Positions 26,168 to 36,020 of a stretch of 64,000 bases of DNA are shown here, in pieces. The DNA is taken from contig MFGV01000075.1 in NCBI GenBank assembly GCA_001778375.1, forward strand, positions 2,354 through 66,353, in the 5' to 3' direction. The notes below the pieces were generated by a model. That model searched no databases. It was not told the DNA's origin and was given only the letters and a program-made list of their open reading frames with translations. The position numbers and the translations under genes are program-made. How positions within the stretch are numbered: the first letter of the stretch is position 1; every line of letters starts with the position of its first letter. The stretch is from Candidatus Firestonebacteria bacterium RIFOXYD2_FULL_39_29. Its GTDB lineage: Bacteria > Oederibacteriota > D2-FULL-39-29.

Positions 26168-28985
26168 GTTTTCTCCTTACAGAAGTATTTTCCATTTGTT
26201 TGAGGGATTTTTCATACATTTCCTTTGCTTTTGCAGATAATTTTTTAACCGAATAGATATCTCCCAGATGCTCAAATACAGTAGGGTCCTCATATCCCGA
26301 TTTTTTAAGTATTATAACAGCGCGTTCTATTTCTTTCTGTGCTTCATCAAATTTCCCCAGACGGTAATAAACCCAGCCCAGACTGTCAATATAAGCTCCA
26401 TTTTCAGGCTCGAGTTTTAAAGCTTCTGAAATCAGAGACACAGCTTCTTCAAGTTTTTCGTTACGGTCGGCATAAATATAGCCTGCATAGTTATATGCAT
26501 CCGCATATCTAGGATTTATGGCTATTACTTTTTTAAAGCAAGCTACGGCTTCTTCATATTTTGCCGTATGTTCTAATAACACACCCAGAGAATAGAGGGT
26601 CCGCTCGTCGTTTTCTTTTTTCTTTAAAATCTCTCTATAAGCAGCTTCAGCTTTTTCGTAGTTTTTAATCTCATAATAAGCTCCTCCTAAATACAGCAAA
26701 AGATCAATGTTATCAGGGATAATCTTTATGCCTTTTTCAAGAAGAGGTATCATCTTCGATTGTTCGTTATTTTTTGCGTAGAGATATGACAGGTAGATAT
26801 ATCCCAATGGATTTTTGAAGTCTAATTCCACAAATTTATTATAAGCAATAATAGCTTCGTCCTTTTTCCCAAGCTCAGTGTAATCTGACCCCATAATTTG
26901 ATATGCATCCGCATTATTAGGGTCGGATGCTGCAAGTGTTTTAGCAATTTCCAAAGAACCGTTAAAATCCTTTTCCTGATAAAGCATCACTGCAACTCTC
27001 TGCAAGCTGTCAAGATCAGAGGAATCCAGCTCTATTGCTTTTTTGAGATTTTCTATGGACTCTTTATATTTTTTCATCTGTCCGTAGGCCAGACCCATAT
27101 TTTTATAAACTCTGGCATCATAACCTGATAAGGAGAGAAGTTTCTTATATACTTCTATAGATTTCTCAGGTTGACCTTGAACTTGATATAATAAACCAAG
27201 AGCGAAAACAGGTGAAGTATATTCAGAGTTAATTTCTGCGGCTTTTTTGTAATTTTTCTCTGCCGAATTAAAATCCCCTTTTTTTCCATAAGCCAGTCCA
27301 AGATTAAAATAAGTAGTATCTGCCTTTGGATCTAATTCTATAACTTTATTGAACATATTAATTGCTTCGTCGGTTTTATCCTGTTTGTAATATATATTCC
27401 CGAGATAAAAATAAGCATCAGGGCTTATTGGTTCTTTTTGAATAATTCTGCTGCAGATCTCTATAGCCCGGTCGAATTTATCATTTTCTATATAAAATGC
27501 CGCGCTTTGAAGCAGTGTTTTTAAATCCCCGCTAAGAGACGACAACTTATCATAAATCTTTAATGCTTCATCAGGCTTTCCAATTCTTGTATACTCGCTT
27601 GCAAGGGTTTGGTTTATAACTTCTGACTCAGGATCTAAAGTTAAAGCTTTCTTGTATTTTTCGATTGCTTCATCGAAAAGCCAGTTGCGGGATAACAGCG
27701 CTCCTTGGCTATAATAAAGATAGGATTGATATGGCGGATAATATGCTTTTTTTTCTTCTTTTATAGCAGGCGCGGTTCCGCAGCCATGAAAAAATAGCGC
27801 AATAAAAGTAATAAAAAAAAGATACTTTAAAATCTTTCTAATAGAAATCTTATTAAAATCCATATCTCCGGTCATAAACTTTTCCAAAATCCCCTTTTTT
27901 CTCGCTGCGGCAGAAAAAAATGCTTTATGAAAACCAAGCGGAAGCAGCTTCTTAATGACTTTAGAAAGATTATATTCCTTTTTGAATCTATCATCAATCA
28001 AAATTTTAAATTCCTTTAAGGTATTTAAGCTGTAATTACCTTTATGAAGAGCTTTTTCCGCGGTTAAGGCCGCAAATTCTCCGCTTTTTATTGCATAATA
28101 TATTCCTTCACCTGTAACTGGATTTGCCAGACCGGCAGCATCTCCTATTAAAAGCCATCCGTCACCTGCTATTTTCTTCGGATAATCACATGGAATAATC
28201 CAGGTATGCGGTTTTGTAAGGACTTTTACTCCGTTTAAATATTTCTCGTGCATTTGAAAGTATTCTTTTTTTAGATTTACATTTTTTTCAAGTCCAAAGC
28301 CGGCAAAACCGTACTCTTTTCCGGAAACAAAAGGAAAATACCAGAAATAACCGGGAAGAAGCGTTTTGTCAAAATAAAACTCAAAATGCTCTTTTTCTCC
28401 AGGCCTAGGCGGTTCACAAATAGTATTTACAGCTCTAACTAAATGATGTTTATTAAAACCGGACAGTATCCTTGTAACAGGGGAAGATGCTCCTTCTGCA
28501 ATTATGACTATTTTTGCGCGTGCTTCTTTTACAAATACCAGACTGTTTTCAACTTTTTTATATTTAACACCGCAAACGCAGCCATTTTCCAGTATGGGCT
28601 CAAAAACCTCCGCTGCTTCAATGAGTTTTGCCCCGGATTTGACAGCTTTTTTCGCAAGCAATTCATCAAAATATTTTCTGTTGACAGTGGCTCCGAAATC
28701 ACCTTCAAAAGTCCCGGTATAGCTTAGGTTTTCAAGAAATACTTTTACCCCTATTATTTTTTTAATATTGACTGTATCAGAAAAAAGTTCTTTATAAGAA
28801 ATAATATCTATTTCATTTAATAATTTGATTGTTTTAGGAGTTAAGCCCCCTGCGCATATTTTTTTTCTTGGAAAAATAGTTTTTTCGAGGAGCAATACTT
28901 GAAAACCTTTTCTAGAAAGGAGATTTGCTGCGGTAGATCCTGCAGGTCCGGAACCTGTTATAATTACATCATAATTCATTTGCAC
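26136..28985 (-). CDS. FAD-dependent geranylgeranyl-reductase-like oxidoreductase fused via a TM helix to a ~12-TPR-repeat domain
   Basis: N-terminal DVIITGSGPAGSTAANLL (FAD/NAD Rossmann), GDAAG block, predicted TM ILKYLFFITFIALFF, then many TPR repeats. 949 aa. Confidence 0.65.
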   Translation of the reverse strand: MQMNYDVIITGSGPAGSTAANLLSRKGFQVLLLEKTIFPRKKICAGGLTPKTIKLLNEIDIISYKELFSDTVNIKKIIGVKVFLENLSYTGTFEGDFGATVNRKYFDELLAKKAVKSGAKLIEAAEVFEPILENGCVCGVKYKKVENSLVFVKEARAKIVIIAEGASSPVTRILSGFNKHHLVRAVNTICEPPRPGEKEHFEFYFDKTLLPGYFWYFPFVSGKEYGFAGFGLEKNVNLKKEYFQMHEKYLNGVKVLTKPHTWIIPCDYPKKIAGDGWLLIGDAAGLANPVTGEGIYYAIKSGEFAALTAEKALHKGNYSLNTLKEFKILIDDRFKKEYNLSKVIKKLLPLGFHKAFFSAAARKKGILEKFMTGDMDFNKISIRKILKYLFFITFIALFFHGCGTAPAIKEEKKAYYPPYQSYLYYSQGALLSRNWLFDEAIEKYKKALTLDPESEVINQTLASEYTRIGKPDEALKIYDKLSSLSGDLKTLLQSAAFYIENDKFDRAIEICSRIIQKEPISPDAYFYLGNIYYKQDKTDEAINMFNKVIELDPKADTTYFNLGLAYGKKGDFNSAEKNYKKAAEINSEYTSPVFALGLLYQVQGQPEKSIEVYKKLLSLSGYDARVYKNMGLAYGQMKKYKESIENLKKAIELDSSDLDSLQRVAVMLYQEKDFNGSLEIAKTLAASDPNNADAYQIMGSDYTELGKKDEAIIAYNKFVELDFKNPLGYIYLSYLYAKNNEQSKMIPLLEKGIKIIPDNIDLLLYLGGAYYEIKNYEKAEAAYREILKKKENDERTLYSLGVLLEHTAKYEEAVACFKKVIAINPRYADAYNYAGYIYADRNEKLEEAVSLISEALKLEPENGAYIDSLGWVYYRLGKFDEAQKEIERAVIILKKSGYEDPTVFEHLGDIYSVKKLSAKAKEMYEKSLKQMENTSVRRKLDELKKSESK

Positions 28986-29095
28986 GCTATAGGTTGTGGT
29001 TTGATTTTAAATTAACACAAGTAAAATCGCCTTCGACTGCAGCTAGAAAAAAAGAAGCCCCTTAATTAAAAGAGGCTTCTTTGTTAAACTTTATG

Positions 29096-29368
29096 TTAGA
29101 TTACTGCCTGTTTCAGAGACTTGCTTGCTCTGAAGCGAACAGCTTTTTTCGCAGGAACGTCAACCATTGCACCGGTTTTCGGATTCCTTGCTTTTCTTGC
29201 TGCTCTTTCCTTCATTACAAACGTACCAAGTCCTGCTACTTTCACTTTGTTACCAACCTTTACTTCCGCTGTTATGTATGCAACCAAACTGTCCAGCGCT
29301 CTTCCTGCTTCTGCCTTGTTGATCTTTGCTATATCTGCTATCTTCTGTACTATGTCCGTTTTTGCCAT
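29096..29368 (-). CDS. hup: DNA-binding protein HU
   Basis: 90 aa, HU/IHF fold with the arm signature RNPKTG. Confidence 0.9.
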   Translation of the reverse strand: MAKTDIVQKIADIAKINKAEAGRALDSLVAYITAEVKVGNKVKVAGLGTFVMKERAARKARNPKTGAMVDVPAKKAVRFRASKSLKQAVI

Positions 29369-29474
29369 TTAGGCACCTCCGTTTTTTTAATCCTTTCACA
29401 AGGATTTACTATCTTTAGAGAATTATATACAAAAAGACCTTATTTGTCAATAGTATTTTCAATATAAATTGCAC

Positions 29475-29503
29475 TTGACAAAAATTCTCAAGTTTAGTAG
29501 TAT
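29475..29503 (+). promoter_or_regulatory. sigma70-like promoter for the PBP gene (TTGACA-17-TAGTAT)
   Basis: TTGACA at 29475-29480, 17 nt spacer, TAGTAT; RBS AAGGAG 8 nt before ATG at 29534. Confidence 0.5.
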
Positions 29504-29533
29504 GTAATATCCGAATCAAAAAGGAGCAAAATA

Positions 29534-31309
29534 ATGCCAATATTAAGGAGAAATCCTTTATTTTCCAATAAGGCAAGAAGAAGCCGTACTTTGCAAGTAG
29601 TCATAATAATCATTGTTTTTATTGGGCTTTTCTTTGGGGTTAAAGCTTTATTCTTCAAGAGTTCTAAGATTACCAACCATTTAAAGACAGCGAAAAACAG
29701 TATATTAAAAGGTAATTATGATACCGGTTTGGATGAGCTAAACAAAGCACTGGCGATTGATCCGGAAAATGCTCTTACATATGATGGTTTTGGTTATTTA
29801 TATGTACATAAAGGTGAAGTTGATAAAGCAAAAGAGTTCTATACAAAAGCAGAAGAAAAAAAGGTTACCAATAGTGGAATATTTGATCATAGAAATACAG
29901 GTTTTGATTATATTTCTAAGGGAAAATATTCTCTGGCTTTTGCAGAATTTGAACACTTGAATAAAATTGTCGAGCGGGATTTAAAAGGTGTCTTTGGGAT
30001 GGGATTGGCTTATCATGGTATGGGAAAAATAAAAGAAGCCATTGATACTTATGAAAATGCCTTGAATATCAGTCCAAAAAATACGCAAATAATCAGTTAT
30101 TTTGAAAAAGCAAAAAAAGAAAAGGAATCCGGAAGTATTGTATGTGTTTTAGACAGGAATGCTCAACCCCTTCTTAAAAAAGATGTTAAACACGGAAAAT
30201 CTCTGTATCCTGCCGAAAGCGCTACTGATAAAATAATTGGTATGAACTCTGAAGAATTTGGAAAATTTGGAATTGAATATGCTTTAAGAGAATATATTCC
30301 GGGTAACGAGATTACGCTTACTCTTGATTTAAATCTTCAAAAGGCTGCAACATCAGTTTTATACGACCAGATGGGATCAATTGTAATTTTAAAACCTCAA
30401 ACAGGGGAAATATTAGCGGCAGTCAGCCATCCAAAATTCAGCCCCAGTGGAATAGATAAGAAATTTAACAGTTATAAATACAATTCAAATAAAGTGTTTT
30501 TAAATCGTGCTTTTGAAATGCTGTATGAACCGGGTTCTATATGTAAAATTATTACAACATCAGCAGCAATAGAATCGAATGCAGACATGAAAGATATTTT
30601 TCCGGTAAATTGTAAAGGCTCTGTAGTAATAGATAAACAAACCTTCTGGTGCTGGGAAAAACACGGAAGTGTTAAAGATATTCAGCAAGCTATTGATTTA
30701 TCCTGCAATGTCGCTTTTGCCGCTATCGGAAATTATATCGGGAATGATAAATTGGTTGATTTTGCCAACAGATTTGGATTTAACAATCCCTTTGATATGC
30801 AGCTGCCTGTTGCAGCCAGCACAATAGGAATTGAAGCGGAAAATAAATTTGAGGTTGCTGAAAAAGCCAACGGTTTGGGAAAAAATTATAAAATAACGCC
30901 TCTTCAAGCAGCTATGCTTGCGGCTACAATTGCTAATAACGGGATTTGTATGAAGCCCTATCTCGTAAAAGAAATCAAAAACATTAAAGGGGATATAATT
31001 TATAAAAATGACCCTGTGGTATTAAAGAATACCGTAAAAAAAGAAACTGCTGAAACTGTTAAGAAACTTATGATAGATGCTGTTGTTCACGGACTCGGGA
31101 AAAAAGCTAAAGTTGACAATATTACGATCGCAGGTAAAACAGGTACAGCGAGATCTTCCAAAAAAGGTCTTGACGGTTGGTTTATCTTCCTTGCCCCGGC
31201 AGAAAATCCGGAAATTGCAGTAGCTATAATTTGTGAAACCGGCGGGAAAGGCATGGACGTCGCCGCTCCAAAAGCAAAATTGCTGGTACAGCAAATATTA
31301 AAGAAATAG
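29534..31309 (+). CDS. penicillin-binding protein transpeptidase domain with N-terminal TM and TPR region
   Basis: SICK (SxxK), SCN, KTGT transpeptidase motifs; N-terminal TM helix followed by TPR-like repeats. Confidence 0.75.
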   Translation: MPILRRNPLFSNKARRSRTLQVVIIIIVFIGLFFGVKALFFKSSKITNHLKTAKNSILKGNYDTGLDELNKALAIDPENALTYDGFGYLYVHKGEVDKAKEFYTKAEEKKVTNSGIFDHRNTGFDYISKGKYSLAFAEFEHLNKIVERDLKGVFGMGLAYHGMGKIKEAIDTYENALNISPKNTQIISYFEKAKKEKESGSIVCVLDRNAQPLLKKDVKHGKSLYPAESATDKIIGMNSEEFGKFGIEYALREYIPGNEITLTLDLNLQKAATSVLYDQMGSIVILKPQTGEILAAVSHPKFSPSGIDKKFNSYKYNSNKVFLNRAFEMLYEPGSICKIITTSAAIESNADMKDIFPVNCKGSVVIDKQTFWCWEKHGSVKDIQQAIDLSCNVAFAAIGNYIGNDKLVDFANRFGFNNPFDMQLPVAASTIGIEAENKFEVAEKANGLGKNYKITPLQAAMLAATIANNGICMKPYLVKEIKNIKGDIIYKNDPVVLKNTVKKETAETVKKLMIDAVVHGLGKKAKVDNITIAGKTGTARSSKKGLDGWFIFLAPAENPEIAVAIICETGGKGMDVAAPKAKLLVQQILKK

Positions 31310-31434
31310 TTTATAAGGTTTTTAAGGTTCATAAGGTCAAAATTCTCGATAAATATTTACGATAACAGTATTTAAGTCTTATATAATATCCATCCCGATC
31401 TTTAACCTTATAAACATTACAAACTTTAGGAACT

Positions 31435-32001
31435 TTACAAACTGCTATTTTTAAGCTTAAACTCTGCCAAATCCTTGTATCCCACTGTATTTCCCACGAG
31501 TTCACTCTTGACTAAGTAGAATGCCTCTACCTTCTGCTTTATTTCCGGAAAAACAGTGTTTAATAGGCTTTCTGAGAGTTTAGAGATGTTTGTTACACTT
31601 CTACACCTTCCAAGAGTTATATGCGGGTTAAAGGGCTTTTCCTCGCGTTTAAAGGCGGCTTTAACGAGCATTTCATCTATTTTTTTTGATAAAGCGATTG
31701 TCTCATCTTTCCCGGAGGAAAATCCTGAAAACAGTACTTTCGGCTTTTCTATTTCCGGAAAAGCTCCTAGTTTTCCTGTAATAATGGTGAATGGTTTTGA
31801 TGCTTTGGCTATTTCTGAGAGCATAGGTATAATCCCTTTAACACGGCTTTTATCAGTATCTCCAAGGAATTTCAGGGTAAGATGAAGAGCTTCTTTATTT
31901 ATCCATTTTACATCAGCGTTTGCCGTTTTTAGAGACACGATTGTTTGTTCTACTTTTGATTTTATTTCTTCGGAAAGGTGTATAGCAATAAACAATCTCA
32001 T
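31435..32001 (-). CDS. thpR: RNA 2',3'-cyclic phosphodiesterase (2'-5' RNA ligase LigT family)
   Basis: Two H-x-T/S-x motifs: HLTLKFLG and HITLGR. Confidence 0.8.
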   Translation of the reverse strand: MRLFIAIHLSEEIKSKVEQTIVSLKTANADVKWINKEALHLTLKFLGDTDKSRVKGIIPMLSEIAKASKPFTIITGKLGAFPEIEKPKVLFSGFSSGKDETIALSKKIDEMLVKAAFKREEKPFNPHITLGRCRSVTNISKLSESLLNTVFPEIKQKVEAFYLVKSELVGNTVGYKDLAEFKLKNSSL

Positions 32002-32014
32002 ACCGGAACTCCAT

Positions 32015-33256
32015 TTAAATTTTTAAAAGATAACGCCTGAGCATATCCAAGGCTGTTTGAGCAGCTCTTTCTTTTATCAGAATACGCTCTCCGCTGAATC
32101 TGCATTCTCTGCTTATGGTTTCATTATCGGTTGAAAGTGCAATATAAACCAGACCTACGGGTTTTTGTTCTGTCCCTCCGCCCGGACCTGCTATACCCGT
32201 AATACCAAGTCCGATATCCGTACCTGCTACTTTTCTTACACCCTCCGCCATCTCCTCGGCAACTTGTTTACTGATGGCTCCGTACATGTCGAGAGTGATT
32301 CTTTTAACATCAAGAGTATCTATTTTTGATTGGTTTGAATAGCATACAACTCCGCGAATAAAGTAACCGGATGAACCGGGTACGTCTGTGATTTTATTTG
32401 AAATCAAACCTCCGGTACAGGATTCTGCGGTTGCTATTGTGCGTTTCTGCATGGTCAAAAGCATCCCGATATTCTTTTCCATAGTTTCATCATCTACCCC
32501 AAATATATTTTCATCAAGACGTTCTCTTATTTTTACCTCAAGTCCGGATATCAATAATTCCGCCTCGGCCTCATCTTTCGCTCTTGCAGTTAATCTTATC
32601 TTTACTTCCGTACCTGAGGCCAAAAGAGCAATCGTGGGATTGGTGCTCGAGCGGAATAAATCCCCAATAATTTCATCCACTCTTGATTCTCCGAGTCCGA
32701 ATGTTTTATATACCCGTGATTTTATTATACCTTCTGTTTTAAAATGTGTTTTAAGAAAAGGAATTACAACCTCAGTCATCATGGGTTTCATTTCTCTGGG
32801 AACTCCCGGCATGATAAAAAAGAATTTATTATTGTAAGGAATGAGGAGCCCTGGAGCGGTACCGTTTTTATTTTCAATTATGGTTGCGCCGTTCGGAACC
32901 AATGCCTGGGAAACATTATTTTGGGACATCTTAATCTTTCGCAAATCAAAAAAAGATTGAATATTCTTCAATACATGCTCATTTAAAACCAGTTTTAGAT
33001 TTAATGTTTTTACCAGTGCAGCTCTGGTTACATCGTCAACCGTAGGTCCCAGCCCCCCTGTTATAATCACCGCATCAGAGCGCGAAATGGCAAGTTTAAG
33101 AACTTCCGACATGCGTTTTTCGTTGTCGCCGACAGAGCTCTTGAAATAAAGATTGATCCCCGCCTCGGCAAGTCTCTCAGCGATAAAAGCAAAGTTTGTA
33201 TCAATAATTTGCCCTAAAAGAAGTTCTGTCCCAACTGTAATAATTTCTGCATTCAT
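32015..33256 (-). CDS. cinA: competence/damage-inducible protein CinA with C-terminal NMN deamidase domain
   Basis: N-terminal MoCF-binding domain (MNAEIITVGTELLLGQIIDTN), C-terminal PncC-like domain, 413 aa. Confidence 0.85.
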   Translation of the reverse strand: MNAEIITVGTELLLGQIIDTNFAFIAERLAEAGINLYFKSSVGDNEKRMSEVLKLAISRSDAVIITGGLGPTVDDVTRAALVKTLNLKLVLNEHVLKNIQSFFDLRKIKMSQNNVSQALVPNGATIIENKNGTAPGLLIPYNNKFFFIMPGVPREMKPMMTEVVIPFLKTHFKTEGIIKSRVYKTFGLGESRVDEIIGDLFRSSTNPTIALLASGTEVKIRLTARAKDEAEAELLISGLEVKIRERLDENIFGVDDETMEKNIGMLLTMQKRTIATAESCTGGLISNKITDVPGSSGYFIRGVVCYSNQSKIDTLDVKRITLDMYGAISKQVAEEMAEGVRKVAGTDIGLGITGIAGPGGGTEQKPVGLVYIALSTDNETISRECRFSGERILIKERAAQTALDMLRRYLLKI

Positions 33257-33388
33257 GCTTAATTATACCTTATGGATGAAAATAATTACAGATATTTATG
33301 ACGTTATGCCAAAGCTCGGAGAGGTTCATATCAAATGAATCAACGTTAATGAAAAATAGCAGAGGCTTGAGACTGACTTGGAGTTTTA

Positions 33389-34537
33389 CTAAAAATAGAA
33401 TATCAGGTTAGCAGCAAATGAGGGCCCAAATTTTGCCATCGGGAATTTCATGATGGTAGTATTGTAATTGTATATAGTTTCAATATCCGACGAATTAAAT
33501 AACGGATACTTGCCGAATATGTCTATTCCTATTCCGGAGCTAAAACGCCATTCTATTCCATATGAAAGCGTAACGCTTGAAAAATTTAAAAATTCACCCC
33601 CGCCAATCGACCAGAGTTCATATCCCGGTCCTATAAAGAAATCAGTGGCAGGATTAATCGGATAAACACCATACAACGTAAAGGCCGTCCCAAATGAGGT
33701 TCCAAAGGACTTGACCGAATCAAGATTGTTATTTACTTTAAAAGAAATATTATCGACATATGCAAGAGCATGATCACCCGAAGATCTATAACCCATAAGC
33801 ATTGCAATATCAAAAGCAACATAGTCTGAAAAAAATGCCCTTCCGCCAAAAATAATAACATCAAGCATATTATTAAGCAATGAAACATCCGAGATAGTCA
33901 CACCATTTTTTGTGGTTGTTACTCCGGTAACGGGTGTAACATAATTAGAAAGATATCCAAAATAAAATGCGGTTGATTCTCTCCGCTGTATTATATAATG
34001 TTTTGCTTTGTTTTCAAATTCCGTTATAGGCAAAGCTGTTTTATAACTTGCCAGAATTTTTCCTGTTTCCGTTGATACGGCCCGGGCATTAACTGCGTAT
34101 GCATCACCTTCAATAGAAATGTCCCCTGTAATAAGTATTTTTACCCCTAAAACCTTCCCGACTTTTTCTACTGCAGACTGTTCGGTCATACCGGACAGAT
34201 AGATTTTCTGTTCTTCAAGCACTTTGCTTATCTGGTTTCTTTCAATCAGAATAATTGTATCACCTTTTTCTTTATTTAAAGCGCTTACCAGAAGTTCTGC
34301 TATTCCCGTGCCTATTTGACGCTGGCTCATGCTTAAATCAAGACAGTTAAAGTTGGAAACACCAAGAGTTACTGACTTGCCCATTCCCGATCTTTCTATT
34401 TCACCTGCAAATTTTCTGGACATTGTGGATAATTCGCGGTCAAGAAACGAGGCGTATGATATACTTGCAGTCATCAAAAATATAACTACAATTATCATCT
34501 TTTTTTCTGTTCTTCTGCTATGTTTTGTATTTAGCAT
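33389..34537 (-). CDS. secreted protein with CsgG-like N-terminal domain (paralog 1)
   Basis: Signal peptide; LGVSNFNC...QRQIGTGIAELLVSAL...ERNQISKVLEEQKIYLSGM...GKVLGVKILITGDI matches the CsgG/lipoprotein-activator-like fold signature; beta-rich C-terminus. Confidence 0.55.
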   Translation of the reverse strand: MLNTKHSRRTEKKMIIVVIFLMTASISYASFLDRELSTMSRKFAGEIERSGMGKSVTLGVSNFNCLDLSMSQRQIGTGIAELLVSALNKEKGDTIILIERNQISKVLEEQKIYLSGMTEQSAVEKVGKVLGVKILITGDISIEGDAYAVNARAVSTETGKILASYKTALPITEFENKAKHYIIQRRESTAFYFGYLSNYVTPVTGVTTTKNGVTISDVSLLNNMLDVIIFGGRAFFSDYVAFDIAMLMGYRSSGDHALAYVDNISFKVNNNLDSVKSFGTSFGTAFTLYGVYPINPATDFFIGPGYELWSIGGGEFLNFSSVTLSYGIEWRFSSGIGIDIFGKYPLFNSSDIETIYNYNTTIMKFPMAKFGPSFAANLIFYF

Positions 34538-34549
34538 CTTTGTACCCTT

Positions 34550-35854
34550 TTAAAAGTAAAAACCCAGTTTCATCTGCAGGAAAAGAGGTGAAAAAGTTCC
34601 CACAGGCATACTCACTTTATTAATCACCATATTATCATTTGGTACGGTTATCGAGATGTCTGTTCCGCTTAAGAAATAGTTGGCATAGATCCCCAGTCCA
34701 ACCCTTTTTTTTAATCTTAACTCATAACCTAAAATAGCCGTCGGAACAAATGTTCCGCCGGGCGAAGTTTTCTGAAAATAATGCACGCCAAAACCTGCGG
34801 ATATTTTGCCCGGACCAAGTTCCTCCAGCCATGATAAACTTGCGCAAACCGGTACATGAAACCATAATTCTTCTACACCTTCAAGTTTAGGACTGCCTGA
34901 AGAATCAATAATATCATATTTTACAGAGATACTTGTAAGGTTCGTAAATTGTGTTCCGAAATCAAATAATATATGTTCAAAAAATATGCGTTTTATTCCA
35001 AACCCTACTTTTACGACATCGCTAAATGTACTGATATTACTGTATGTCAGGGTTCCGTTTGATGCGGCTCCTGCGGTCTGGGTTACCCTGCCATAATTCC
35101 AACTTATATAAAAACACCAATCTTCAGGCGCTATAAGGTATTCATCCGCTTCCTTTCTGAGTTCTTTTAACGGAAGTTTAACAGATTCCGTTGAAAGAAC
35201 TTTTGCGGTCACGGTATCCACTACCCTTGCGCTTACAAGGTAAAAATCTCCGACTACAGAAATACTGCCGATTATTATTGCTTCTGTATTTAATATTTTC
35301 CCGGTTTTTATTGCGGAGGCCTCAGATATCAGACCGCTTAGACTTAGTTTCTGCTCTTCAAGTATTTGTTTCAAATCACTGCGCGAAGCGGTTTCAATAC
35401 TGTCTTTCTCGTATTCTACTATATAGTCTGTCATTAATTCCGCTATGCCAAAACCCACCTGTTGTTTAGCTAACCTGCTGTCTTCAGTTTGGAAAGGAAT
35501 AACAACAATCTTTATATTTTTTCGGGTATTTTCCTGGGCGGTTTTGTAAGATTTAATCAGATTTTCAACAAGGTTTATTATCTGTTTTTTTATGCCTGTA
35601 ATAACTGCTTTTGGAGTATCTTCTTTTCCTTCATCATCTTTTAAAACAGATACAATATTTTCTTTTTGCAGTGTTAATTCCCCAAATTGATCTGTCTTTA
35701 CTGTGCTTGTACTGCCATTTTCCTTGACTAAAGTGCCTACTACACGACTGCCGTCTTTTAAAAAGTATGTATCACAATATGCAGTGTTAATAAAAAAAAC
35801 AACTAAAAACAAGTAAATCCAAACTCCGGGTATTTTAGGACCAGATAACTTCAT
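34550..35854 (-). CDS. secreted protein with CsgG-like N-terminal domain (paralog 2)
   Basis: Signal peptide; VVIPFQTEDSRLAKQQVGFGIAELMTDYIV...LKQILEEQKLSLSGL...GKILNTEAIIIGSI. Confidence 0.55.
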   Translation of the reverse strand: MKLSGPKIPGVWIYLFLVVFFINTAYCDTYFLKDGSRVVGTLVKENGSTSTVKTDQFGELTLQKENIVSVLKDDEGKEDTPKAVITGIKKQIINLVENLIKSYKTAQENTRKNIKIVVIPFQTEDSRLAKQQVGFGIAELMTDYIVEYEKDSIETASRSDLKQILEEQKLSLSGLISEASAIKTGKILNTEAIIIGSISVVGDFYLVSARVVDTVTAKVLSTESVKLPLKELRKEADEYLIAPEDWCFYISWNYGRVTQTAGAASNGTLTYSNISTFSDVVKVGFGIKRIFFEHILFDFGTQFTNLTSISVKYDIIDSSGSPKLEGVEELWFHVPVCASLSWLEELGPGKISAGFGVHYFQKTSPGGTFVPTAILGYELRLKKRVGLGIYANYFLSGTDISITVPNDNMVINKVSMPVGTFSPLFLQMKLGFYF

Positions 35855-36020
35855 ATACCCCCATAACTGATAATTTTTTTATATATATTAATTATACACA
35901 AAATAAATATTATGTCAAGCCCTGTCTGCATCAAAGAGTGACATCTATGAAAGTGACTATCAAGACAAAAGAGTCCACTTATATATTTAACTGGAAAATA
36001 AAAACAACCAGGAAGGCTGG

